A stretch of DNA of 64,000 nucleotides from Narcine bancroftii (taxonomy: Eukaryota), in NCBI RefSeq assembly GCF_036971445.1, contig NC_091473.1, forward strand, positions 208,196,001 to 208,260,000, read 5' to 3'. The notes under the pieces are model-generated. The model searched no databases. It saw only the letters and a list, made by a program, of their open reading frames with translations, and was not told where the DNA came from. Positions 24,014-37,975 of the stretch are shown here, piece after piece. Numbering within the stretch: the stretch's first letter is position 1; the number at the start of each line of letters is the position of its first letter. The translations under genes and the position numbers were made by a program.

Positions 24014-25399
24014 TGTAACTTGAAAATGTCATGATTCTGCGTGTGCTTTGCTGATTGGCTTTGAGAGGCAGGAAATGAATGATGTGGGATGTGCTGTGTG
24101 GAAAATGCACATTTTGGGAGAAATTGGTGTCTTTGGATCGATGATGTGCAAAATAAAGGGATCCTTTAATATCAGGACCTGTTAACATAGAACATTGAAC
24201 AATTCCGCACAGTACAGATCCTTCAGCTCTCGTTGTGCCGACCCATGTATTCCTTCCAAAAAAAAGTTCTAAACCCTCCTTACCCCAGAACCTTCTATTT
24301 TCCTTTCATCTTATGTGCTTGCCTTGAGAGTCTTTTAAATGTCCCCAATGTTTCAGTCTCTACCACCATCCCTGGCAAGGCTTTCCAGACATCCACAACT
24401 CTCTGTGTAAAAAACACTTGCCCTTTATGTCTCCCCTAAACTTCCCTCCCTTAATTTTGTACATATGTCCTCTGGGGTTTGCTGATTCTGCCCTGGGAAA
24501 CGGGTGCTGGCTTTCCACCCAATCTCTGCCTCTTGTAATTTTGTAGACCTCTATCAATTCTCCTCTCATCCTTCTACACCCCAAAGTCAAAAGTCCGAGC
24601 TCTGCTAACCTTGCCTCAAGAGAATTGTTTTCCAAACCAGGAAGCTGTTCCATTCCAATGGCACAGTTAAACTCACTGAAAGGAAGAGTACCTCTGAAAC
24701 CCAGCAAGGAATTGAGGGCTTTGCAATAACTGGCACAGTAGTGAAGTTGAGGTCAAAGTGGATCAGTCATGTTCAGGTTGACTGGCTGGGTGGACGTGAA
24801 GTGCTTGGTAGTTTACTCTTGCTCCTGTTTTCCATTGTTCTTCTCAGGAGAATGGAGATGGAGACGGAGAAAATTGCAAACAGAAGCAAAAATTGAAGTG
24901 GGAAGAAAATTGACTGAGAGAGAAATAGCGTGTGGAAGAATCAAAGAGGGAAAATAGAATGTGAGAGTAAAGCAGGGTGAGGCTCACAGAGGGGGAACCT
25001 TCCCATGATTCACTGGGTTTATTCCCACTCTATGAGACCTCACTCCTCATTGTTATCCAGCACTAATCTTTTATAGGTCTCATCATAACTTCGGAACATC
25101 AATGAACTTATTAAAGAGGCAATTAAAGTATCTGAGACAGGAATTCATTGAGAGGAGTTTTCTGAGGCGTTTGCAAATGTTTCTCATGAGAAACTGTTTG
25201 CCACAGTTGCAGCCTGAAGTCTGAGTGGCAGAAGGACAGGAGAAAGACTGAAGACACAATGGGTGGGAACTGAACCCAGCAGGAGATGATGATATGCAGT
25301 GTCCTGTAATGACCTCAGTTGCTTCCGTAACCATTCATGGACATATTCATGACATGGCTGAAAGGATATAAAGGGTTTCCAGCAGCAGAAGGTGATGGC

Positions 25400-25538
25400 N
25401 NNNNNNNNNNNNNNNNNNNNNNNNNNNNNNNNNNNNNNNNNNNNNNNNNNNNNNNNNNNNNNNNNNNNNNNNNNNNNNNNNNNNNNNNNNNNNNNNNNNN
25501 NNNNNNNNNNNNNNNNNNNNNNNNNNNNNNNNNNNNNN
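25400..25538. other. Assembly gap; others at 46383-46543 and 60150-60284
   Basis: N runs. Confidence 1.
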
Positions 25539-26952
25539 TCCTTGCCCATTTATTTGTGAACTCTGTTGGCTCACTGTCGCTCAGCCCACTGACCCACTGC
25601 AGGACCAGATCATTTTACTGGTCGGACTCCTGTTGGGAACTGGAAGCCCTCCTTCTCATCCAGAGCCTGGCGGGCAGGAGATAATGCGGGTGGATGGGGG
25701 AGGGTGGCGAACCCTTTCACAAACCTGAACCTGCGGCAGGTTGGTGAGACTGAACACAGGGATCCAACTGGTGCTCTCTCTCCTCCTGTGCGTTTGGTTG
25801 AAACACTTGGCAGCAAAAGCAACAACTGTGTCATTTTCATTCCAATCAGTGAATTCAGTCAAGTGCAGAAATTGGCAAAGTGTTTGTTTAAATTCTGCCA
25901 AAAGGTGAATATAATTAGCCATTGGAATAGGATCAGCATTCTCTAACAATAAGGGGAATAGTCCCAACACTGCCAGGCTTTCTGATGGTGACCTTACCTG
26001 GGGCACTGGACACTGTGACTGTGTCTCGGTGTCACGACTGCAGGACAGGGCTGAACACCTTGCAATTCTTCATATCAGGGCACTGCTGATTGAAGCCACA
26101 TTCTCAAATCATTGGCCAAACTGACTAATCTCTAATTACAGTAGGTAACAGTCCTCTATTTCTACAATAAATTTTGAAAGAAATTGACTTTGAAGTTGTT
26201 CAGGTTAATTTGGAAAGAAACAGAACTGTACTTATTTCGTGCTGAAAAAAGGGTTCTGAGAAGCAGCTCCTCTGCAGTGAAAATCGGCTCACTTGGAGTC
26301 AAAGATGTTGTTCCCTGTGTGACAGAATATATAGATAGTTTTTGGGAGATAAATTGGGAAAGGTTTGTTTGAGTAGGTCACATACAAACACTTTAAAACA
26401 TATCTTATTTAAAATACTGGAGCTCTGCCATTTGCTAGACATGTCGGGGCCAACAGTCTTTGCAAGAGATTCAGAGAGTGCCCAAGAGACTTGACGAATA
26501 GATTGTTGTTTACAAAAATGCAACAAATGAAAGATCTTGTCGGTCGCCTTCTGTCTGGAAGAGAACTTACTGGTCTAAGTGGGTCATGTGGTTTTGCAAG
26601 CAGAGAGAGTAAAACAGACTTTCTCTCAGAAAGAGAGAGAGACAAAGATTACTTCTCCAGTATTACACCCAGCAACAGCAGCTGGGACTGGAACAGGACA
26701 AGCTGGCAAGCTTGTGGAAAACCCCATGTGGAAGATGGGTTGTAAGTGCTTGATTTAGCCTGGTCAAAGCCCTTATGGTTCATGCAAGAGAAGAGGACTA
26801 GCTCTCTAATGTTTCACTTGCAAGAAGAGAAAGGAAAAGGCACTCTGTGATTACCTGAAAGAAAGACGTTATCATTTGGAGAACCCTGAAGGGGGCAAGT
26901 TTTGTCAGAGAGACAATGAGGTGGCTTGGCATCTGGAGAAACCTGAAGGCGG

Positions 26953-29160
26953 TGTAGTCCATCGAATGACTCAAAGACTTGTTGACTTTATTAACAAGGC
27001 TTTTATTAACAAAAGACATGAGCATAGTACATTGAGGTCGACCAGTCCAGACTGACCTGGTCTGGTTAGGAGCAGCCCTTTATGACCTGCAGTAGGCGTT
27101 CCTCCGGCTCTCAGCCAATCACTATTACTATATGTAAATATATACATTGGTGATAGTATCCTGTATTATCATATTCACCCCTTCTTGAGGAACTGACCTC
27201 GGAGTGAGTAAAAGAAAAAGGGGGAAGGTATATCATGCAGTGTTCATGGGCTGTAACAGTCGGGAGGCCTGATTGTTCGACATGATCGCCGGGATGGGAG
27301 TAGCTGGCAGAATATCATCGCTGGGGTCCCCGGGTGTGGGCGCAGTTTCGCCTAGTACACAGTCATCGTTGGCCGTGGGCTGGTCCAATCTCCTGCCGTT
27401 GTCATCCGCAAGGTGCTGCTGGTCCCGCTCTCCCTGCATGTAACCTAGGGGAGGATTGAATGGAGGTTGGGGTTGGAACGTGACAATGTTAGACCTGGCT
27501 TGGGTCAGGTCCCTTATCCAGACCGTGTCCTCCGGCCCTTCCGGGTACTCGATATAGGCATAGTGCGGATTCACAAGTTACAGCGTTACCTGGTCGACTA
27601 GAGGGTTGTTTTTCGAGTAGCGGACATGAATTCTCAGCAGGACAGGTTCAGGGACCGTCAGCCATGCTGGTGCAGTTGTTCCCGGTTCCGACTTCCGCGG
27701 GAACGAGTACATTCGTGCGGAGTAGCGTTGGTGGCAGTGCATAACAGGGACCTGATGAAGTGTAGGGCATTTGGGAGGACATCCTGCCAGCGAGTAGTGG
27801 GGAGGCCTTTGGACCAGAGGGAAAGCGTGACTGCTTTCCAGACGGTGGCATTCTCCCAATCGACCTGTCCGTTACTATGTGGGTTGCAGCTCGTGGTCCT
27901 GCTCGATGCTCCAGGAGGTACTGCCTCAGCTCCGCACTCATAAACGCGGACCCCCAGTCACTATGCATGTAGCTGGAGTACCCGAAAATGGCGAAGATGC
28001 TGTGCAATGCATTTATGACTGAGGAGGCAATCACGTCTGGGCAGGGAATAGCGAACAGGAAGCAGGAGAACTCATGTATCACTGTGAGAATGTAGGTGTT
28101 ACGGTTCATCGACAGTAGGGGCCCTTTGAAGTCCACTCTGAGATGTTCAAAGATCTGGGTGGTTTGAATGACCTGGGTCTTCTCAGGTCAGAAGAAATTG
28201 GGCTTGCACTCAGCGCATACTGGGCAGGCTTGGGTCATGGAGCAGATCTCCTCGACCATATAGGGCAGGTTGTGGGCCTTTACAAAGTGGGCAAACCTGG
28301 TGACTCCTGGGAGACAGAGCTCCTCGTGGATCTATTCAGCCTGTCCAGTTGTACACTGGCACATGTCCCATGGGAAAGGACGTCAGCGGGTCATTGAGTT
28401 TGCCAGGCCTGTGCTGAATGTCGTAGTTGAAGATAGAGAGTTCGATTCTCCATCTAGGAATCTTGTCATGTTTGATCTTACTCCGCTGCTGCCACTAAAT
28501 ATAAATGAGACCGTGCATTGGTCGGTCAGGAGTGTAAAGCGCCTGCCAGTGAGGTAGTATCTCCAACAACATACGGCCTCTACACTGGACTGGGCCTCCT
28601 GCTCAACAGAGTAGTGTTGGCTTTCTGGGCCCTGCAGGGTCCTAGAAAAGAAGGTGACAGGCCTACCGGCCTGGTTTAAGGTGGCTGCCAATGCAAAGTC
28701 AGACACATTGGTCTCCACCTGGAAGGATATGGATTTGTCTACGGCGAACAGAGTGGCCACGGTGATATCCGACTTGATGCGGTCAAATGACGGTCTGGCT
28801 TCCGCTGACAAGGGGAAGGAGGTGGACTTAATTAGGCCGTGCGTTGTCAGGGTACTGTGGGACTCATTGAGCGTAATAAGAAAAAAAAACAGGCAGCGTT
28901 TGAGTGCCTTCTGGGTTTGGGGAGGTAGAAGGTCCATGAGCCTTGATTTGAGTCAACCAGTCTTCGAGTCATTTGACGCGCTACAATTTTATTAACAAAA
29001 GACTGGAGCGTTGTACATTGAGGTCGACCAGTCCAGACTGACCTGGTCTGGTTAGGAGCAGCCCTTTATGACCTGCCAGTAGGCGTTTCTCCGGCTCTCA
29101 GCCAATCACTATTACTATATGTAAATATATACATTGGCGATTGTATCCTGTACTGTCACA
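26953..29160 (-). mobile_element. Internally deleted Gypsy LTR retrotransposon (LTRs at about 26953-27171 and 28940-29160; RNase H and integrase remnants)
   Basis: Paired LTRs and a polypurine tract at 27172-27185 (-). ORFs 28383..28937 (SDFALAATLNQAGRPVTFFSRTL...FTLLTDQ) and 27648..28136 (DFKGPL...HSDWGSAFMS). Appears nested in an older LTR-like sequence. Confidence 0.88.
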
Positions 29161-30108
29161 GGGGATAAGTTTCATCAGCGAGACACTGAGGTGGCTGGTG
29201 TCCATCGTACAACAAATGTCTCTCTGAAAACCGACAAGAACCTCATCTTTCAAGCACCAAAGCCTGGTGAACTTCATAAATGTTAAATCCTGTGCACAGT
29301 ATAAGAATTGCCTGCAACCAGTGAACTTGGAGGAATGAGAAGTGAGATTGGACTGAGAACCAGAGAACTTACACACACATTACATACACGTGCGCTTAGA
29401 ATTAGAAGGGGGTTAAGTTAGGTTAAATAAGTCAATAGCGATAAGTTAAAGTTTGATTCTATTTTCATGTTTCAAAATAATTAAAAGCAAGGTTTCTTTA
29501 AGTTACCATTTCTCTTGGTGAATATCTATTGCGGTTGAAAGTGCAGCGCTGGCCATCTGAAAGGGAAAGCTGCAAGGGAGGTGCCTCGGAGCGCACTCTG
29601 GCTCCTGTCCCTTCGGGTTGTCAGGGTTGGGGCGGCAGGCTGTCAGAGCTAGGGTGGCCTACAGGGTTTGGGGTGGCAGGCGCGCACTACAGGTATTGGG
29701 GCGGGCAGCGCAGGCTGTCAGCGCTGGGGTGGCCGGCGTGGGCTGTTGCCATACTGATCCCACTTATGAGGGACAGATTAACTTGTTGCTTTCCAATGCA
29801 GGCACCGAGCACCAAATGTTTGTTGATAAGCTGCCCACAGCCAAGTCAAACCTTCAGTGCTCTGAGAGGAATCAGACCAGCAGAGAGTTTGAACGAGCAG
29901 AGGCATTAGGAAAAATATATGGTACAGAAGAATTTACACATGAACCAGTTAGCAAAAGACATCACGGTGGCAAATAAAAACCCAGGGAGTTTATCAAAGA
30001 GAAATGCAAACACTAAATATAATGAATATCTAAAACAAAGAACAGGACAGCACAGAAATAGCCCATTTGCCCACAATGTGTGCACCAAACATTACCGTCC
30101 AATTAAAC

Positions 30109-30250
30109 TAGCCCCATGTCAGTCCCCAGACTGATCCCACTGCTCTGCTCTCTCCCCATAGCCCCATGTCAGTCCCCAGACTGATCCCACTGCTCTGCTC
30201 TCTACCCATAGCCACATGTTGGTCCCCACACTGATCCCACTGCTCTGCCC
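30109..30250. repeat. About 50-bp tandem repeat, 3 copies
   Basis: tagccccatgtcagtccccagactgatcccactgctctgctctc repeated. Confidence 0.85.
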
Positions 30251-32546
30251 ACACCGGCCGCCCCACAGTGTTGGGACTGATTAAGGGCTGTGGGGAGAGC
30301 ACTCAAGGTTTGGTGTGGCTGTGGGCAGATTATCAACAAACATTTGGTGTTCGGTGCCTGCATTGGAAAGCAACAAATTAATCTGTCCCACATAAGTAGG
30401 ATCAGTATGGGGACAGCCCACACCGGCAGGCCCAACCACTACAGCCCGCGCCGACCAATCCAACCAATAAAGCCCGCGTCGGCCTCCCCAACCACTACAG
30501 CCCTACAACCCCTACAGCCCGCGTTGGTCACCTCAACCCTGACTGACCGCGCCGGTCACCTCAACCCTGACTGACCGTGCCGGCCGCCCCAGCGCTGACA
30601 GCCTGCGCCCACTGCCCCTGCCCTGACGTCCTGTGCCAGGGGGCAGGGCAGCAGGGAGGGGAGCTTTCATGCGCTCGCCAGCATATTGTCATCCCCTTAG
30701 TATTCGCTTTCAGGCAGCTGCATTCAGGTGCCGGGGGGACCTCAGTACTCCGGCGACTATCCCTCCCGGAGGAGGGTTACAAAGTTTGCCTCACATACCT
30801 CCTGTGCTTTCAAGTGGCCTCCTGACAGACCCATATGGGTATAATATGTGGCTTTACATAGGGGGATTTTGGCAACCTGAAAGTGCCTTTAGTCTCCAGT
30901 ATGAGTCTTATTGTGATGGGGCGATGAATAACCATCAAGTAGCTGATTTAAATTTAGAGATACAGCGCGATAAAGGCCCTTTCAGCACCTGGACCTGTGC
31001 TGCTCGACTACACCCAATTGACCTACAATCTTTGGTACTTTTTTAAACTGTGGAAGGAAACCAGAGCGCTGGGATGAAACCCACGCAGATACAGGGAGAA
31101 CATACAAATTCCTTATAGACCACGCGGGTTTTGAACTCTGGTCCCAATCTCTGCAGCTGTCAGAGCGTTACGCTGTGCAACCCTGATGTTTTTTGAGGAT
31201 GTAATGAAAGCAATGGATCAAGGAGAATAGGTGGATGTTGAGGAGTTGGGCTTCAAGAAGGCATTCAATAATGTGCCACAAAAAAGACACCCAGAGGATA
31301 AGGATGCTTGAAATTGGGGCGTAAGATATTAGGATGCATAGAGGATTGGTTTCCCGAAAGAAAACAGAAGATTCAGATAAATGGATGTTATCTATTGGCA
31401 GATTGCAACAGGGATTGATACTGGGCCCATGATATGCAAGAATAATTTAAGTAAGGGAACAAGTGCTCTGTATCAAAGCCTGTTGATGACACAAAATTGA
31501 GATATACAGACACACAGCACAGAAACAGGCCATTTCAGTCACAAGCCCTTGGCACCCAATTTATACCCAATGAACCTACATCCCTGGTACATTTCAAAGA
31601 GTGTGTAGAAACTGGAGCCTCAGGAAAAAAACACGCAGACATGAGCAGAACTTGCAAACTCCTTACAGACAGCCCAGGATTTTAACCCCGGTCTCAATCA
31701 CTGGCACTCTAAAGGCAATGCGTTAACCATGTCGCCCATATGTACAGGAGAAAATTTTGGAAAGGATGCAGAGAGTCTGAAGAGAGAGAGAGACTAGTCA
31801 ATGAGTGGAGAAGGGTCTGTCAGGTGGCACAAGGTTGTAAAATCTGAGGTCATTCACGGTGGAAGAAAATAATAGATCAGGTTATTTTTTTTAATGGTGA
31901 ATATTTACCGTATGCTCTGATCCAGAGGGAGTTGGCAGTGATTGTGAATGAATCACATAGATTAATTTGCAGCTGAAAGAGGTAATGAAGAAGGGAAATG
32001 GGATGCGGGCCTTCACTTCCGGAGGGATTGAATTGAAGAGAGGTAGGATCTGCTGTAGGGTTCAGGTGAAGCTGCACCTGGAGTTTGAGTCTCTGTATAT
32101 GAAATAGACTATACTGGATTGGAAGCGGTGGTTCATCAGGTTGATTCCAGCAAAGAAAGGTTCAGCCTGTAAGGGGAGATTGAGTCGCTGGAACTATACT
32201 CACTGGAATTAAGAAGAATGAGAGGGGATCTTACTGAAAGGTAAAATTATGAAAGGGATAGATAACAGTGGCAGGAAAGTTTTTCTTCTGGCAGGTGAAA
32301 TTAGAACAGGGAACGTCTCATGAAGACTTGGGGGAATTAAAGAGAGAGAGATGATGAGTATCTGCTTTTCAGAGAGTGTAGCAAATCTGTGGAATTCCCT
32401 GTCCAAGGAAGTTGTGGAGACCTACTCATTAGATATATTCTTTTTATATTATTTTTATTGTTTTATCAGAAAAAAAACAAATGTATAATAAATTGATCGC
32501 ATGAGACTATTACACATTAAAGATTATAGCACATATTATGACAATA

Positions 32547-34294
32547 ATATAAGCATATAACAATTTACAGTACGGAAACAGGCCATATTGGTCCTTCTTG
32601 TCTGCACCGATTTATGTGAAACTCCACTAGTTCCACCTATCTACTACCATGCCCGTAACCCTCCAATCCCCTCACATCCATGTACTCATTTAGCCTCCTC
32701 TTAAATGACAAAATTAACCCTGCAGCAACTACTTTTTCCGGTAGATCATTCCACTAAACCACCACTCTCTGAGTGAAGAAGCATCCTCTTATATTACTGT
32801 GGTGCGCTGATAGCCAGAATCAGACACACACAAAGGTAAAGACTGTACAACAGGCTTTAATCCACAAAGACTTCCACAGAGCCAGGCTAGCTCTAGCTGT
32901 AGCAACTCTGAGTGAGGCCTCGGGAGGCCGGCGCAGGCTTATATCCCGGAGGATGATTGACACCCGACTGGGTGGAGCTTGATCCATTCAGGCCGACTGG
33001 TTGACAGCCGGCCAGGTGTTGTCCTGTCCCCTCACACTCCTGCAGGTACAGAGGTTGCCCCGCAGTAGGCCGGTGGTGTACCACCACAATTACTCCTAAA
33101 ATTTTGCCCCCTAACCCTTAACTTATGGCCCCTTGTTCCAATCTCCCCTACCCTCAGGGGAAAGAGCCTATTCACATCTATTCTATCTATTCCCTTCATA
33201 ACTTTAAAACTATCAAATCCCCTCTCAACCTTCTACGCTCCAACGAATAAAGTCCCAGTCTATTCAATCTTTCTCCGTATTCAAGTTACTCCAATCCAGG
33301 CAACATTTTTGTAAACCTTCTTTGCACCCTTTCTACCTTATTTAAATTTCTATAAATAATTCTATAAATTCCTAGAATTTGGCAACCAGAACTGAACACA
33401 ATACTCCACACTTGGCCTCACCAATGCCTTAAACAGTCTCAACATCACCTCCCAGCTCCTATATGGAGCTATGCTATGCTACCATATGCTATGATTTATA
33501 AAGGCCAGCATACCAAAAGCCTTCTTCACTACCCTATCTACATGGGAATCCACCTTTAAGGAACGCTGAACCGTTATTCCAAGATCTCTCTATTCCTCAG
33601 CATTCCTCAATGCCCTCCCCTTCACTGCATACGTCGTCCTATTTTGGTTATTTTTCCCAAAATGAAGCAACTCAAACTTGTCTACATTGAACTCCATCTG
33701 CCACCTTTCAGCCCACCATTCCAAACAGTCCAAATCATTCTGTAGTGCATGGAAATCCTCCTCACTATCCACAACTCCCCTTATTTCTGTATTGTCTGCA
33801 TATTTACTCACCCAATTTACATCCAAATCATTAATATAAATGACGAACAACAAAGAACCCAACACCGATTCCTGAGGCACACCGCTCGTCACTGGCCTCC
33901 ATCCTGACAGACAGTTGTCCACCATGAATCTCTGGTGCCCATCTTGCAGTCACCGCTTAACCCATCTGTCTGTCTTTATATTAATCCCTAGCGATTGAAC
34001 CTTCTTCACTAACCTTCCACATGGAACTTAATCAAAAGCCTTACTACAATCCAAATACACCACATCAACTGCTCTACCTTCATCAACCTTTCTGGTCACC
34101 TCTTCAAAAAATACTACAAGAATCGTCAAACACGACTTTCTCCTGACAAACCTATATTGAGAGTCCCTGATCAATCCTTGCCCATCCAGATATTTATACA
34201 TATTATCCCTAAGAAATCCTTCCATTAATTTCTTCACCATCGATGTCAAATTTACTGGCCTATAGTTGCTTGGCCTACACCTTGCATCCTTTTT
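32547..34294 (-). mobile_element. CR1 LINE insertion
   Basis: ORFs 33590..33925 and 34028..34336 (NYRPVNLTS...VDVVYLDCSKAFD; VTSGVPQ). Absent from the paralogous site at about 40890. Confidence 0.85.
32798..33088 (-). mobile_element. Solo LTR nested in the CR1
   Basis: Termini TGTGGTG...CACCACA with a 5-bp target-site duplication ATTAC at 32793-32797 and 33089-33093. Confidence 0.85.
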
Positions 34295-36277
34295 AATACT
34301 TGCTCTTAACTCCCAATCCAATATGAATTTGTACAAAGAGTTGCATAAAGAATAAAGAAAGAGAAAAAAGGGAAAGAAAAAAATTGAACCTCATGCCATC
34401 CAAGGTTGTAATTGAGAATGAGGATCTGCTTTTCTGAGAGTGGAGAAAATCGGTGGAATTCCCTGCCCAAGGAAGTTGTAGAGTCCTATTCAAGACAGAG
34501 TTTTGCATTGTGGGGGAATCAAGGGGGTTATGGGGAAAAGGCAGGTATTTGGATCTAATTCTAGGACCAGATCAGCAATAATCTTGTTGAATGGTGGAAC
34601 AGGCTCAATTTCTTATGTTCTTTGGTGCACCAAACATACCAAGTATTTCACGTCAAAACCTGATCCCAAGACTGAGGTCAGCTTCCCAAAAATGTGATTA
34701 AAACCATTTGAATCATTCACACCATTTGGACCTCAGTGGCAAGGTCATCATTTCATGCCCATCTTGACCTATCCTTGAGGTGAGCACTTGCTGGTTCATT
34801 CTGAGGACTGTCACATGGTTCTAGAGTCACATGGTAGCCAGTCCAGAAACTACACCTGCTGGAGATTGCACTTATTGCATTAGGGAAGCTAAAGATCATT
34901 CAGCTTGCAACTATCTCACAGACCCTGCTGTGACCAAGGTCATTCACAGTGGAAGAAAAATATAGTTGATCAAATTATTCTTTAAATGGTTAACGTTTGC
35001 AGCATACTGCTGTGCAGAGGGAGTTGGAAGTGCTTGTGCATGAATCGCCGAAGCTTGGTGTGAAGGTACAGCAGGTCATTAAGAAGGTCAATGGGATGTG
35101 AGTTCATTGCTGGAGGGATTGAAATGAAGAGCAGGGAGATTCTGCTGCAAGTGGACAGGCTATTGGTGAGGCCGCCGCTGGAGTATTGGGTGAGGTTCTG
35201 GTCTCCTTATGTGAGAAATGTTATCCTGGCAGAAGGCGGTGCAAAGGAAGCTCATCAGGTTGAGTCTGTAGATGATGGAGGGAAAACTAGGGGTGGAGAT
35301 TGAGTTGCTTGGGACTATACACGCTGGAAGAGAGAAGAACGAGAAGGGATCTTACAGAAATATTATGAGGAAATTTGAAATCGGAAAGGGATAGGAATAT
35401 ATTTAGGATCGAGATGATGAGGAAGTGGTTTTCACATCAAGTAGCGAATCCGTGGAATTCTCTGCCTTGGGCAGTGGTGGAGACTTGTTCATTTGATGTA
35501 ATTAAGACAGTTCAATAGATTTTTGCATTGTTGGGGAATCAGGGCTAATGGGTAAAAGGCAGGTATGTGGAACTGATCCGACATGATCTTACTGGTTGAG
35601 GGTGCAGGTATCACAGGCCAAATAGCCGACCTCTGCTCCTGCTTCATACGTACACACCTGTCATCTGGTATGTCCATGAATGGATTGGATGCCAGAAATA
35701 TTGTTAAAGATATTTGAAGCAGGTCACAAAAAGTTACCACACTCCCACGCTGCAGAAAATTGTAATATTCCAAGCGTTGATTTGGTCAAACATACTGAGA
35801 TGGCAAGAGGCATGGTCAAGGAAGATCTGAATGTCAGCACCAATGTTTTCATACCTGAAGAATCCCAGGTTCAGTTTGAATAGAGAAGAGAGGCCTCACT
35901 GATTCAGTAGGCACAATGTCAATAAGTGGTCCACAGTCCCACAGAGGCACCAAGGCAAGATGAATTTGTGCAATGTTTCCTTTGGTCAGAAACTGCATCT
36001 CACATCCAGGTGAATGCACTTGTTGACCCTGCAGCAACTAAATGCCATTCAGTTTACAACTATCTCACTGTCCCTGTCAAAAGCCGACAGGTTCCCAAGG
36101 ATATGAGTTCCTGGTGTTCAATTCCGTTTACTCAGTCAAGGCAGTCAGAAAAGATGGTTTCATTCTAATGTTCAGTTCACTGCAGATGCAGCTGTCATTC
36201 AAGTCTGGGTCAAAGTGGAGAAGCCCGCTGACACCAGACATAGTCCAGTTTGTAAGTTTTTTATTTCTCACCTGCAG

Positions 36278-36580
36278 AATTGTCCATCTTTTTACAAAAT
36301 CCATCCACTGAAGAGATTTGGATCAACAAGAGCGCTACTCTGGTGTGCCTGGTTGTGGGTGCTGATCTGAGCCAGGTCCAAATATACTGGCAGGTGAGCG
36401 GAAGGGAGAAAATGAAAGGAAATGTGACCCAACAACCGAGAGAGGAAGGGACACAAAGCACAGTGATCAGCCAATTCCAGACCAGTGTGGAGGAGTGGTA
36501 CAGTGGGGCAGTGTACACTTGTTCCACCCAAGGATCTTCTTCATCCTCGCCAGTCTCAGCACAGACACAAAGTACCAAAG
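36278..36580 (+). CDS. IGHW: Duplicated IgW CH3' exon, intact
   Basis: Acceptor cctgcAG. ELSIFLQNPS...ATLVC...YW...EEW...YTC. Donor G|GTGGGC. About 57% aa identity to CH3 by hand count. Confidence 0.9.
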
Positions 36581-36668
36581 GTGGGCAAAAGATCAGTGAT
36601 TAGATGGACAACATCTGTGACCTTGAGTAAAAATGTTGACGTCTCCTTTCTTTGCTCGTCTGTTCCAG

Positions 36669-36986
36669 TCGAGATCAAAGGGCCTGAGGTCCGTCTGCTG
36701 CCGCCAACACATGACGAAACCAAGAGTAGGATCACGGCCACCCTCGAGTGTGTGGTCTCTGGATTCTACCCGGACCTCATAAATGTCACCTGGGAGAAAG
36801 ACAGCTCCCTGATCTCCTCCAACACCCCCACTACACGGACTGCTCTGGAGCAGGTGGGCACTTTCAGTGCCAGCCACTTCCTGACAGTGAGGACAGATGA
36901 GTGGAAGAAAGGCTCAGTCTTCAGCTGTATAGTGTCTCATCCCCCCTCCAACACCAGTATCAGCCGGGAGGTGAAAAACATGCAAG
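36669..36986 (+). CDS. IGHW: Duplicated IgW CH4' exon, intact
   Basis: Acceptor tgttccAG. VEIKGPEVRLLPP...LECVVSGFYP...FSCIVSH. Donor G|GTACGG. About 70% aa identity to CH4 by hand count. Confidence 0.9.
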
Positions 36987-37769
36987 GTACGGTTCTGGGA
37001 TTCACCCTAATCTTAAACACCTTTCTCTATGCCACAAACTGGGGCCAAGTTAGTTCACTGAAAGATAGTTGTGGCATTGTTGTGCTTATGTGAGGGAGCT
37101 GATAACCTGAATGCATAGAACAGAAGCAAATATATTCATTGATACAATTTCACAGAAAAACATACAAAACCTACATCAAAACACAGGCCCTTCGGCCCAC
37201 TAAATTGTGCCAATAATGTCCCTACCTGAGAAATGACCAGCCTTACCCATAGGCCTTTTTTCTAAGCTCCATGTACCTTTCCAAAAGTCTCTTAAAAGAC
37301 CCAATTGTATCTGCCTCCACCACATCTTGTCGAACACCTCAATAGCCCAACACAGAGGAGGGCAACGCTTGGTTATGCTCAACAGCCTCTGGAGAATGGC
37401 TTCGACGCACAACTTGAAGGGACAGTGCAGGATTTTAAACTGGAAAGCAATAGCAGGATATAAGTTGCTGTGGGCAGTCGAAGTGAGGGTGAAACTGGGA
37501 AAGGAACAGAAGATTAACAGGTTCACTGATGATCTTTTGTAAATGTCACCTGCCTTTTGCACTCTTTCGCCTTCAGTCACTCACCAAATTCATCAGTGTC
37601 TCTGATAGGCCTGGCAAGTCAGTCACTGGAGCAGAACAACAAATGCTGGTCCGGTAGGCAACAGTCTCACCCAATGAAAGAAAGATGACATAATGGCGGC
37701 AAGATCAAGGTTTTGACACTAGTATCTCAGGAACTTTGGGCAAGTCTGCCTGTCAGCACAACTGAAGGA

Positions 37770-37975
37770 AGAGGATGATGACCACTTTGTGTGAGTTGCC
37801 CCTCAGTGATTTTGAGCAGTTCAGGGTAACCTGGGACGTGAAGACTTGGGCCGAAGAGGAACAGGGTCAAAGGTGTCTTTGGCTGATTCACTGCAGATGG
37901 GTGGAGTCAGGCTGAGTACTTGTATTTGTTCAGGTTTTTGTCAACACTGGAGAAGAGGTCCATCACGAAGTTTCA
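37770..37975 (+). pseudogene. Decayed CH5' pseudo-exon
   Basis: ttcagggtaacctgg (37820-37834) is identical to CH5 22092-22106. caacactggagaagaggtccat (37942) matches CH5 caacaccggagaagaggtccat (22261). Internal deletions and no donor. Confidence 0.8.

Noticed and set aside
25997-26040. Minus-strand J-like or mini-exon sequence (..acagtcacagtgtccagt..cag|gtaag)
   Set aside because: No WGxG/FGxG motif, no RSS at the correct spacing and no partner exons.
36987-37093. Read-through tail after CH4' (GTVLGFTLILNTFLY...)
   Set aside because: No tailpiece features or nearby canonical polyA signal were seen. It is most simply intron sequence.
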